Shown here piece by piece: positions 8,765 to 16,627 of a stretch of 20,000 nucleotides of DNA. The translations under genes and the position numbers were made by a program. Under the pieces are notes generated by a model. That model did not search any database, had not been told where the DNA came from, and was given only the letters and a program-made list of their open reading frames with translations. The DNA is from an uncultured virus (IMG/VR IMGVR_UViG_3300042288_002474). Taxonomy: Duplodnaviria > Heunggongvirae > Uroviricota > Caudoviricetes. The first letter of the stretch is position 1; every line of letters starts with the position of its first letter. The stretch is from the IMG/VR virus record IMGVR_UViG_3300042288_002474; one strand, given 5' to 3'.

Positions 8765-8943
8765 TTTATTTTCCTTTGTTCTAGTTTTATTTGCTCAATC
8801 TCTTTTTCCGCGTCCAATATCTCTTCTAATTTACTTTTTAATAAGGAAGAAGCGGCATTGGTAGCTGTGTCAAACAACTCTTGACTTGTGGCTTTGTAGG
8901 CATCTACACTAACCCAATCATTGTAGACAAATGGGTACTCCAT
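8674..8943 (-). CDS. Hypothetical protein (89 aa, coiled-coil-like)
   Basis: ORF track; overlaps both neighbours, so boundaries are uncertain. Confidence 0.45.
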   Translation of the reverse strand: MEYPFVYNDWVSVDAYKATSQELFDTATNAASSLLKSKLEEILDAEKEIEQIKLEQRKIKWKLKLNQMAKKFLFLARIRTVLKEFLRVL

Positions 8944-9155
8944 GTTTCTAATTTGTACCCAAAAACGAGACTGTGTTCCGTTATTGTGGTAATGGACGCT
9001 GACGCAAACGAGTTTCCCCTGTATGAAATATCTTCCAGTTTGCGAATAGCCATTGACGAAAGGAATGATTGGTGATCACTCCACTCCCATCCGCTATCTA
9101 TCAACGCCGGACAGCGATCTTGATAAAACTCTAATTCCGACTGAGATGGTTGCAT
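8904..9155 (-). CDS. Hypothetical protein (likely start MQPSQSELE at 9155)
   Basis: ATG 4 nt downstream of the RuvC-like stop. Confidence 0.5.
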   Translation of the reverse strand: MQPSQSELEFYQDRCPALIDSGWEWSDHQSFLSSMAIRKLEDISYRGNSFASASITTITEHSLVFGYKLETWSTHLSTMIGLV

Positions 9156-9159
9156 TTTT

Positions 9160-9687
9160 TTATTTTCCTTTATTACTATTCCAACATAAATAAGCCAAAA
9201 GTGCCGACTCTTCCTCATCTGCTGTAGCAGAAGGATTAAATTTAAAGTAAGGAAAAAGCTTATTAGCTTTTCCCTTACTTAACTTTTTAAGAGCCTTATC
9301 TTTATCCTTACCGTTAAAAGTCCCTAAATTTTTTACAGATACGCCCATTAAATCTTTCCACTCAGTTGGCGGAGTTGAGTTAATTTCTCCAACTCCCAAC
9401 ACTTCTAATATTAAGACTAATCCTATGGCATTAGCACCAAAGTTAAATGCGCTATTTCTGCCCTGGTTATAAGAGTTAACCCTCTCAATAAGGGCGGTCA
9501 CTTCCGAGAAATCTTTAATTAATCCCCGAAGTTCTTCAGCAATAGTTCTAGCGTTAATTATTTTAAATCCCCACAAAACCCTAATATGATTCTTGAAAGA
9601 AATAACCTTAATTAATACTCCCTCGGAATTAATTATAGAAATTGCGCCGCTTTGTCCTGGGTCAATTCCTAGGAAATACTTGTACAT
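9160..9687 (-). CDS. ruvC: RuvC-like Holliday junction resolvase (phage type)
   Basis: YFLGIDPGQSGAISII, ALIERV...SAFNFG, PPTEWK and ADEEESALLA motifs. Confidence 0.85.
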   Translation of the reverse strand: MYKYFLGIDPGQSGAISIINSEGVLIKVISFKNHIRVLWGFKIINARTIAEELRGLIKDFSEVTALIERVNSYNQGRNSAFNFGANAIGLVLILEVLGVGEINSTPPTEWKDLMGVSVKNLGTFNGKDKDKALKKLSKGKANKLFPYFKFNPSATADEEESALLAYLCWNSNKGK

Positions 9688-10004
9688 TTTTTCTTTCTCC
9701 CGCGTTTCCTTACTTCTTTTTGTATTGCGCTTTGTACCGTTTGGCGTTTTCTTAGTGTCGTAATTTGGCTAAGGTCTTGTATTAGTGAAGATTGTGCGCT
9801 CAAGTTAAATGCCTTGTCTCTTAATTCCAAAGGAACTAAGTAATGGGGTACGACACAATCTTCAAAGTCATCCTTTTTGCTAAGTCCTAGTTTTTTTGCA
9901 AAATCATGCAATTCTTCCAGCGTGTAAGCTACCATCTGGCAGACTTCTCTATCCTTTTCTCCCAATCTTATTAATTTGTACGGAAGATTTAAAAACACTG
10001 TCAT
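9669..10004 (-). CDS. DUF4031-like protein
   Basis: CQMVAYTLEELHDFAKKLGL...FE...PHYLV...R.KA pattern. Confidence 0.65.
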   Translation of the reverse strand: MTVFLNLPYKLIRLGEKDREVCQMVAYTLEELHDFAKKLGLSKKDDFEDCVVPHYLVPLELRDKAFNLSAQSSLIQDLSQITTLRKRQTVQSAIQKEVRKRGRKKKCTSIS

Positions 10005-10032
10005 TTTTTACCCTATCCTTATTTAAGAAACC

Positions 10033-10066
10033 CCCTAACTTAATTTATTTTTAAATTAAGTTAGGG
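10033..10066. terminator. 15-bp perfect inverted repeat, probable terminator
   Basis: CCCTAACTTAATTTA-TTTT-TAAATTAAGTTAGGG directly after the stop at 10073. Confidence 0.6.
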
Positions 10067-10072
10067 CGTGAA

Positions 10073-10648
10073 TTATGCAGAAATTCTTATGGCGTACCGT
10101 TCAACTTCATCGTTGAAGCCTTGTCCCTGCATATCTTCAAAAAACTCGCAGATAATACGTTTTATGATGGGATTATTTACGGGATAGACTCCTCCATCAA
10201 AAGCGTTTAACCCTAATCCTAAGCCTATTGCGCCAAGCCTTCCTTGGTTGGGAGATAAGCCCAGTGTTTTTAATTTCCCCACTACATAAGCATTTAAACT
10301 ACTTCTGCTTATTTGTCCGGGATACCCCATCCTTATAGCTAAACTAGAAGCGTCTAATTTTTCTTTGCTAGGTCTGCCAAACGTTCCATTAAATAATGTA
10401 AAGTTGAAATAACTCTGGACTATGGACTGAGTTAATTTTTCTTCAGATGGATATCTGGCATCTTCCTTTTGAATGGGAAATAAATCTTTAGAAAGTGGGA
10501 CAAATCCCCACTTTTTAAAGGTTTCAAATACGTAAGTATTTAAAGCATTCTCGTTAGTAGTTTGGGAAGTGTTTAGCCCCAATTCGTCGGCCATTACTAT
10601 TGGACGCGACAGGTTGATCCCGTTGGACTTGATTGGTTTTGTGGTCAT
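10073..10648 (-). CDS. Hypothetical protein with two internal repeats, possibly DNA-binding
   Basis: Start moved to ATG 10648 because upstream starts lie inside the promoter. Repeats MADELG...ALNTYVFETFKKWG and LAIRMG...SLNAYVVGKLKTLG. Confidence 0.65.
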   Translation of the reverse strand: MTTKPIKSNGINLSRPIVMADELGLNTSQTTNENALNTYVFETFKKWGFVPLSKDLFPIQKEDARYPSEEKLTQSIVQSYFNFTLFNGTFGRPSKEKLDASSLAIRMGYPGQISRSSLNAYVVGKLKTLGLSPNQGRLGAIGLGLGLNAFDGGVYPVNNPIIKRIICEFFEDMQGQGFNDEVERYAIRISA

Positions 10649-10672
10649 AATCGCTAAGTTAATTTCTTTCCT

Positions 10673-10755
10673 CATCCTACTTGACAACGGTAGGGATGTC
10701 AAGTAGTTTTTGTAAATAAAAATAGTTGCCTAACGACGGTAGAGTGTGCTAGGGT
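10673..10755. promoter_or_regulatory. Divergent promoter/operator region between the 10648 gene and dnaE
   Basis: Minus strand TTGACA-17-TAGGAT; plus strand TTGCCT-18-(TGc)TAGGGT; inverted repeat CTACTTGACA-N10-TGTCAAGTAG at 10677-10706; two ACRACGGTA boxes. Confidence 0.7.
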
Positions 10756-10782
10756 AAATTTACACAAAACATTTTTAAAAAT

Positions 10783-13700
10783 ATGCAGCAGTACATATCT
10801 CTTCATAACCACACCCGCAGAGGCTCAAACTTTGATGGTGACATAGACGTTAAGAGATTAGTTGAGTTTAGTAAGGTACAGGGCTTACCCGCAGCTTGCA
10901 TTACCGATCATGGGAGTATGTCTGCGGCTTTTGAGCTATTTAAGGAGTGCCGAAAAGAGGGGATTAAGCACCTGATAGGCTGCGAGTTATACGTAATGGA
11001 AGAGGGTGGGGAAAAAACCGCCAACGGAAAAGACTATTACCACTTAACCGCTATTGCAATTAACCTAGAGGGTTACAAAAACTTATGCCGTTTAAGCACG
11101 ATAGCCAGTTTAGAGCAAGTACGCGGGAAGGCTAAAAAGCCTTGTGTTACTAACGCCCAAATTTTCTCCCATAATGCTGGGTTGGTAATATTAAGCGGAT
11201 GTATTAGTTCCGAACTGAACCAAAGCCTTAGCGCGGGAGATGAGCTTAGGGCTAAGAAGTGGATCATTAAATACCGCGCCGTCTTTAAGGACAGGCTTTA
11301 TCTAGAATTGCACTGCCACTACGGCATAAGGAAAAGTTGGCCAAGTCATACTCAAAAAATTGTCGAGTTAGGTAAAAAATTAAATGTTGCGAGAATCATT
11401 ACCAATGACGCGCACTTTTTAGGTAAGGAAGATTGGTTTAGTCAAACACTCGCGTTAAGTATAGGCATGAAGGGTAATGCCACTTTAGGATCGGAAAGGC
11501 TTAATAACTTCGAGTACACCGGTGAAGAGTATGTAAAAACGAGGGAAGAAATTTTCCAACACTTCTATGACAATTCTGGGTTATCGTCAGAGGAGATTAA
11601 CGTAGCCCTAGATAATACCCTAAAAATCGCGGATAAGTTTGAGGATTACAGCTTATTTAACGTTGTTAAGCCAATTAAATTTTCTCCCAATGCCGAGGCA
11701 ATATTTAAGCAAAAGTGCGCTGACGGGATGTTTAACCGTTACCCTCCCGAAGCTTTAAGTCCTGGGTTATGGGAACGACTGGACTATGAAATGAGAGTAA
11801 TCTCAGAAATGGGTTTTGCAGACTATTTTTTAATCGTGGAAGATTTTTGTAGTTTTGTGAGGGGAATTGGCCATAAAGTTGGGAAAGGCCGGGGTTCTGC
11901 GGCTGGGTCAATCGTGGCTTACTGTTTAAAAATTACTGATATTGACCCAATCAAACACGGGCTAATGTTCGAGCGATTCCTCAATCCTGGGCGAAAAGCA
12001 ATGCCCGACATTGATACAGATATGAACGGCGAAGGGAAGGATGCCGTAGTGGAACATTTAAGGGAAAGATGGGGTCGGTACAATGTTGCAGCCGTCGGTA
12101 CAGTCACTAAAAGTGCGGCTGGCAGTGCCTTAGCAGATTCCTTCAGGACACACAACTTAAGTTGGCGTAAGGCTACGGAAATATCCAAGAGGTATTTCAA
12201 AACTATTAGGGGCGTTCCTCCAAAAATTAGTAAATTATTAGTGGATGAGGGTGGGGAATTTTATAAATTTTTCCACTCCGATGAATTATCAGAAGAGGAA
12301 AGAATAGCCATAACTCATGCAGCACAATTTATAGAGGGACGGGAAAGACAAAGCGGAGTTCATGCGGGCGGAATTTGTATTTCGGAAGAATTACAGGATT
12401 ACGTTCCCCTAGTCTGGGACGGCGGCGAGGAAAAAATTACCACCGTTTACGATAAAGACGAACTTGAGGAAATGGGCGTTATTAAATTTGACGTTCTAGG
12501 ACTTACAGGTTTATCCCAAGAATTAGAAATAGAGGCATTACTTAAAGAAAGTAATTGTACAATTCCTGTAATTAATGAGTTAGGGAATTATCCCGAAGTT
12601 TACGCCATGTTAAAACAGGGGGATACTTTTGGCGTATTCCAGATGGAGGGTAAAGTTCCTTCAAATTTATTGCGAGAAATAGGGGCAAATAACTTTGAAG
12701 ACTTATCGGCGGTAAACGCTCTAAATCGTCCAGGATGTTTAGACAGTGGCAGCGATAGGGTTTATGTCAGAAACAGGGTTTTGGGTACTCCAAAGGTTCA
12801 CCCCATCGTAGATGAAGTGCTTAAAGATACTTTTGGGATTATGCTTTACCAAGAGGAAATTATGCTTATGGCTCAAAAACTTTCAGGGTATTCTTTAGCT
12901 GAAGCTGATGATTTACGGAAAATAATTGGGAAGAAAAAAATTAAGGATATGCCCGCGCAAGAGGAAAAATTTGTGGGGGGCGCAATTACTCATAGCGGGG
13001 TAAGTGAAGAATTAGCATTAGCTTTATGGTCAGAAGTTAAAGCTTCGGCTGAGTACAGTTTTAATAAATCCCACACTTATGCTTATGGGTATCAAGCCTT
13101 AATTAGTGCATTTTATAAGGTTTATGCACCGAGGGAATTTTGGGCAGCCGGAATTACCGTGTCCTCAAAATCATTTGAGAAGTCAGCAGAGTGGATTAAA
13201 AATACAAAACGCCACTTTAATATAATCCTCCCTAAAATGTGGGCAGAATTAAGGGTTAAATGTTTCCTAACTCCAGAGGGAATTAATTTAGGTTTAGCTA
13301 ATATTAAGGGACTGGGCGTAAGCGTTGCGGAGGAAATAGTTAAGAATTACCCTTATAGTGGCGTTGTGGATTTTTGCCTAAGAAGTGGTGGTGATAAAGG
13401 TGTAGTAATTAGCTTAAATAATTTAGGGTTTTTTGGGGATGAAATTTTTCCAGAAGAAAGTTTAGTGGTTTTATTTAAAGCCTTAAGTTATTTTAAGGGA
13501 ACACTAAAACGTCGGGCATTAAAAAACGGGGGAGAGGGGGAAGTAACTTTAAACGTAGAAGAATTTAAAACTTACCTTGTGAGTAAGGATTTTAATTTTC
13601 CCCAACCTACTTTAAGGACTACGGAAAAAATAGTAGAAGTGGAGAAGGATCTGATCGGGACGGTCGTAAGCGTCAACCCGTTCCAAAACTTAAATTTAAA

Positions 13701-14325
13701 CTTACCCCAAAGTGAATGGGTAACGGGAATTGTCACGAATTACAAGCCCTTTACGACAAGAAATGGCGACTTAATGGTATTTCTCATGGTTAATGATGAA
13801 AATGGGGAAAGTCATGACATTACTGTGTTTAACGAAGAATTAACCAAGTTTAATACCCTAATCCAAACTTCAGTATTGGAATATAAACCTTTAGCTTTTA
13901 ACGTAACTAAGGGTGAATATAACGGTAAGGTCAGTAATACTTGCAAAGCAGTCCTAAGCTTAAATGAAGTTAAAAAGTGCTTAGATGAATTAAATTTAAT
14001 AGTAGCCTTTGAGGGGGAATATGGCGATCGCATAGCGTCAGGCAAAATCATCCAAAATAAAGTTCTCACAAACAAACAGACGGGAGGGACTGACCATTTC
14101 CTTAGAATTATGCAAAAAACAGGGTGTGTTTTGGAGGTATTTTTGCGTGACGGCACTCAGGGGAAAGAATTTTTAACATCATGTTTGACGGCGGGAATAA
14201 CCGTAAATTTAAGTGACGGTGATAGGCCAAAAATCATAGAAATGACAATTTTAGGATATGAGTTCGCGCCACGTCAGGTAAATATGTGGGAATATCCCCA
14301 AACTGCGCCGGCAGGTTTTTGGTAA
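10783..14325 (+). CDS. dnaE: DNA polymerase III alpha subunit (family C), contiguous and intein-free
   Basis: PHP domain (LHNHT, TDHG, GCE, HLT, SGC, TNDAH), GRGSAAGS, FERFLNPGR..MPDIDTD, HAGG, KFDVLGL, GVFQME, YQEE, YSFNKSH, HhH IKGLG and a C-terminal OB fold. Confidence 0.97.
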   Translation: MQQYISLHNHTRRGSNFDGDIDVKRLVEFSKVQGLPAACITDHGSMSAAFELFKECRKEGIKHLIGCELYVMEEGGEKTANGKDYYHLTAIAINLEGYKNLCRLSTIASLEQVRGKAKKPCVTNAQIFSHNAGLVILSGCISSELNQSLSAGDELRAKKWIIKYRAVFKDRLYLELHCHYGIRKSWPSHTQKIVELGKKLNVARIITNDAHFLGKEDWFSQTLALSIGMKGNATLGSERLNNFEYTGEEYVKTREEIFQHFYDNSGLSSEEINVALDNTLKIADKFEDYSLFNVVKPIKFSPNAEAIFKQKCADGMFNRYPPEALSPGLWERLDYEMRVISEMGFADYFLIVEDFCSFVRGIGHKVGKGRGSAAGSIVAYCLKITDIDPIKHGLMFERFLNPGRKAMPDIDTDMNGEGKDAVVEHLRERWGRYNVAAVGTVTKSAAGSALADSFRTHNLSWRKATEISKRYFKTIRGVPPKISKLLVDEGGEFYKFFHSDELSEEERIAITHAAQFIEGRERQSGVHAGGICISEELQDYVPLVWDGGEEKITTVYDKDELEEMGVIKFDVLGLTGLSQELEIEALLKESNCTIPVINELGNYPEVYAMLKQGDTFGVFQMEGKVPSNLLREIGANNFEDLSAVNALNRPGCLDSGSDRVYVRNRVLGTPKVHPIVDEVLKDTFGIMLYQEEIMLMAQKLSGYSLAEADDLRKIIGKKKIKDMPAQEEKFVGGAITHSGVSEELALALWSEVKASAEYSFNKSHTYAYGYQALISAFYKVYAPREFWAAGITVSSKSFEKSAEWIKNTKRHFNIILPKMWAELRVKCFLTPEGINLGLANIKGLGVSVAEEIVKNYPYSGVVDFCLRSGGDKGVVISLNNLGFFGDEIFPEESLVVLFKALSYFKGTLKRRALKNGGEGEVTLNVEEFKTYLVSKDFNFPQPTLRTTEKIVEVEKDLIGTVVSVNPFQNLNLNLPQSEWVTGIVTNYKPFTTRNGDLMVFLMVNDENGESHDITVFNEELTKFNTLIQTSVLEYKPLAFNVTKGEYNGKVSNTCKAVLSLNEVKKCLDELNLIVAFEGEYGDRIASGKIIQNKVLTNKQTGGTDHFLRIMQKTGCVLEVFLRDGTQGKEFLTSCLTAGITVNLSDGDRPKIIEMTILGYEFAPRQVNMWEYPQTAPAGFW

Positions 14326-14351
14326 ACTAAAAGCGTCAGGCAAATTACACT

Positions 14352-14392
14352 AAATCCTCCAAATCTTTATACAGTAAGGTTTTGGAGGATTT
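14352..14392 (+). terminator. Inverted repeat after dnaE, probable terminator
   Basis: AAATCCTCCAAA/TTTGGAGGATTT 12-bp arms. Confidence 0.55.
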
Positions 14393-14416
14393 TAAAATAT
14401 GTAAAGTTATATGAAG

Positions 14417-14506
14417 CGTCAGTCAAAATCCTTATAGTAAAGAAAACTGTCTGACCCCATTGCATGACGCTCTGCGTTTTAAGATTTTTACCATTTTGCG
14501 ATCGCG
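14417..14506 (+). repeat. Dispersed ~90-bp intergenic repeat, copy B, ending in a HIP1 site
   Basis: Aligns block by block with 7855-7937. Confidence 0.8.
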
Positions 14507-14718
14507 CTCAAATATAAAAACGGGCAAAAGCCTCTAAAATGCCGATACCCATTACCCATTGAAACAGATAATTATGGAGATTGTCCATCTGGTAAGCTGA
14601 TCCGCAACATGGAGAATAGCATTTAAGCAAAACTAAAGCCGCAATTCAAATGTCGGATCATCTACAGATTTTCTGCTATAGTCTATAGTTTAGATATATC
14701 TAGTGGAGTTAATCCCAA

Positions 14719-14931
14719 ATGTCCCGACCGAGTGAAGATAGAGTTAAGATCCAGTGTCGTCTGCCCAGAGACAAGAAAGCACACTGGGACGAGTTGCTGA
14801 TAAATGGCGGCTTTTTCTTTCGGTATAAAGCCGCCATTTATCCTATGTATGGGGAATTTCTAGAAGCACTGCTAGATGGTGATCCTAGGGCGTTATTGGT
14901 TATCCTGAAAATATTTTCTAAAACCACTTGA
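14719..14931 (+). CDS. Small putative DNA-binding regulator (ribbon-helix-helix-like)
   Basis: GGAG RBS; N-terminal alternating strand RVKIQCRLP followed by helices (...YGEFLEALLDG); upstream TGCTATAGT extended -10. Confidence 0.5.
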   Translation: MSRPSEDRVKIQCRLPRDKKAHWDELLINGGFFFRYKAAIYPMYGEFLEALLDGDPRALLVILKIFSKTT

Positions 14932-14956
14932 CAAATTGGAATAAGTCTACTAGACT
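14928..14956 (+). promoter_or_regulatory. Sigma70-type promoter of the accessory cassette
   Basis: TTGACA-17 nt-TAGACT; palindrome AGTCTA-C-TAGACT (14944-14956) overlaps the -10. Confidence 0.7.
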
Positions 14957-14993
14957 CTAAATATAGAGTGAAACAAATTACAGGACATTAATC

Positions 14994-15857
14994 ATGAGAT
15001 TACTAAACAAAACGGTTCAAAGCTTTGAGTCTGCTAACAATCTAATTACTCAATTAAATAAAGCGATTAATACAAGTTACATCCCCACTGGGGATGACAT
15101 AAAAGAGGTTGTGCATAACTTCACTAAAATTCAGTTAGCTAGGACATTTAATCCTAGCTGTTTTAGTGCGGCGCATTTAACCCTGACATTTAACGAGAAA
15201 GAAATTCTCACTAGTTACTTGTCTACATCATTAACTAGTGTTGATATTTTCTATCGGTTTAACAACAACATGGAAGTAGATTCAATTGAAATCAATGTTT
15301 CAATACCTGATGATAGATCCCAACCTGGAAGGACTCATTATGAGTCCTTAACACGTGAGTTCTATAGGAACAACTTCATAGCAGTTGATTGGACTGCTAA
15401 ATCAGTTGAATTAGTTGTACCGATTGACCTAGTGTCATTAAATGATCACTGGTCAGTTACGGATAATATTCCGAACTGGGTAGTAGAAGAGATTAGCAAT
15501 TACAATGCTGTATGGAATGGATATGCCGAGTTACTGGAACTTGGTTATGTTCCAGTTAATAATCTAATAGGATTTAAATTAGTATTTCACAATCCCAATA
15601 ATTCTATCCAATACATTGTAGTTATCGAAAAACTACATGAAATAGATAATAACTACTATTTACTTGAAGATGTAAATAGTAAGCTACGAAATGAAGGTGT
15701 TAGTTACTTGAGATTGATCGAAATGATTAAATCTGCTGTTGATAAACAATCACGCAAGGTTGAAGAAGTTATTGACTACGAATACGATGAAAATGTATAT
15801 GATGACGGACACGAAAGAGTTAGTAATAACTTACCCGAAGGCTTTGCTGGCTGTTGA
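14994..15857 (+). CDS. Hypothetical protein (287 aa)
   Basis: Long ORF with AGGA RBS downstream of the promoter; acidic C-terminus; no recognised motif. Confidence 0.75.
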   Translation: MRLLNKTVQSFESANNLITQLNKAINTSYIPTGDDIKEVVHNFTKIQLARTFNPSCFSAAHLTLTFNEKEILTSYLSTSLTSVDIFYRFNNNMEVDSIEINVSIPDDRSQPGRTHYESLTREFYRNNFIAVDWTAKSVELVVPIDLVSLNDHWSVTDNIPNWVVEEISNYNAVWNGYAELLELGYVPVNNLIGFKLVFHNPNNSIQYIVVIEKLHEIDNNYYLLEDVNSKLRNEGVSYLRLIEMIKSAVDKQSRKVEEVIDYEYDENVYDDGHERVSNNLPEGFAGC

Positions 15858-15874
15858 TTTAGACGAAGCATAAA

Positions 15875-15941
15875 GTCGAAACAGGGTTAGCAACCCTGTC
15901 TGCATGAGGTTAGTGACCTATGCACTGATGAGACAAACTAG
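15875..15941 (+). ncRNA. Type II hammerhead ribozyme (predicted cleavage 3' of C15900, GUC site)
   Basis: GTC-GAAA; stem III ACAGGGTT-AGC-AACCCTGT; C; stem I TGCAT(g)AGGT-TAGTG-ACCTATGCA; core CTGATGA; stem II GAC/GTC; loop I TAGT can pair with the 3' tail ACTA (pseudoknot). Confidence 0.9.
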
Positions 15942-16075
15942 GGGGAAGCTTCAAAGAAGTTAGAACCTACCAGTGGCAACACTGCCACCAAGACAATAAA
16001 AATTCCCTACTTTAAGGGCAAGTATTCTGATTGGGCAGAATATGTAGATTCTCTCCCATTTGATAAGTAGTTCCT

Positions 16076-16101
16076 TGACCTAAGCAAGTCATTAAACTGC
16101 T
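16076..16101 (+). ncRNA. Compact H-type pseudoknot motif
   Basis: P1 TGAC/GTCA, loop CTAAGCAA, linker TTAAAC, P2 AGCA/TGCT. Confidence 0.4.
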
Positions 16102-16126
16102 GTTGTAAATAGTTAGCAGGGAAACA

Positions 16127-16222
16127 ATGCAAACAACAATGACAGTGGGTGAATACACTTATCACCTATCCGAATTAGAAAGCCGTAGGGTAAAACCGGG
16201 CTGGCAACCTTTTACCGTTTAA
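16127..16222 (+). CDS. Small ORF (31 aa, MQTTMTVGEYTYHLSELESRRVKPGWQPFTV)
   Basis: AGGGA RBS-like sequence upstream; stop lies 8 nt before the next ATG. Confidence 0.35.
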   Translation: MQTTMTVGEYTYHLSELESRRVKPGWQPFTV

Positions 16223-16230
16223 CCCACCTG

Positions 16231-16602
16231 ATGACTAACGGTATTGGTATTTTATGGGGCGTTATCCAGTCGCCCCTAATAATTTCCCCACTCTACCCCG
16301 TGGGGAGTCCCCACCATACAACACTCCAGTTTGGGGTTGGCCGCCAAGACTGGAAAGAGTGGGAGGGTTTAGAGTTCCAAGCCACAACTTTATATGAAGC
16401 TTGGAACGGCAAAATACAAGCTGTAGCTGTCAAACTTCCTGATCATATTCCCTGCGCTAACAAATATCCTCACATATCTGTTAGTTGGTGTAAAGGCATA
16501 AAGCCCTATGAATCGAACCTGATGCTGTCATCTAAGTTTGACTACAGACTGTTCAAGCAATCTGTAAAGATGAAAATAGAGTTTTTAGAGTGGATAGAAT
16601 AA
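16231..16602 (+). CDS. 2H phosphoesterase superfamily protein
   Basis: Two HxT/S motifs (H29-T-T-L and P-H81-I-S-V), each followed by a hydrophobic residue, in a 123-aa protein. Confidence 0.72.
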   Translation: MTNGIGILWGVIQSPLIISPLYPVGSPHHTTLQFGVGRQDWKEWEGLEFQATTLYEAWNGKIQAVAVKLPDHIPCANKYPHISVSWCKGIKPYESNLMLSSKFDYRLFKQSVKMKIEFLEWIE

Positions 16603-16627
16603 AGCGTCTACAAGGAATAAAATACGC

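Noticed and set aside
8674..9155. Possible programmed frameshift joining the 9155 and 8943 ORFs
   Set aside because: The overlaps are unusual but no convincing slippery site or stimulatory structure was seen; homologue alignment is needed.
13051..13074. Intein in DnaE
   Set aside because: The canonical insertion site is empty and the protein length is normal for DnaE.
1310..13812. Antisense or alternate-frame ORFs in the track (1310-, 4374-, 4802-, 5451-, 5908-, 6901+, 7558+, 8191+, 8523+, 8881+, 11073-, 11919-, 13812-)
   Set aside because: They lie opposite well-supported genes, have no motifs and read like shadow frames.
15932..16070. Start-less reading frame ending ...IPYFKGKYSDWAEYVDSLPFDK*
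   Set aside because: It looks protein-like but has no start codon after the in-frame TGA in the ribozyme core; it may be a remnant and cannot be supported as a gene.
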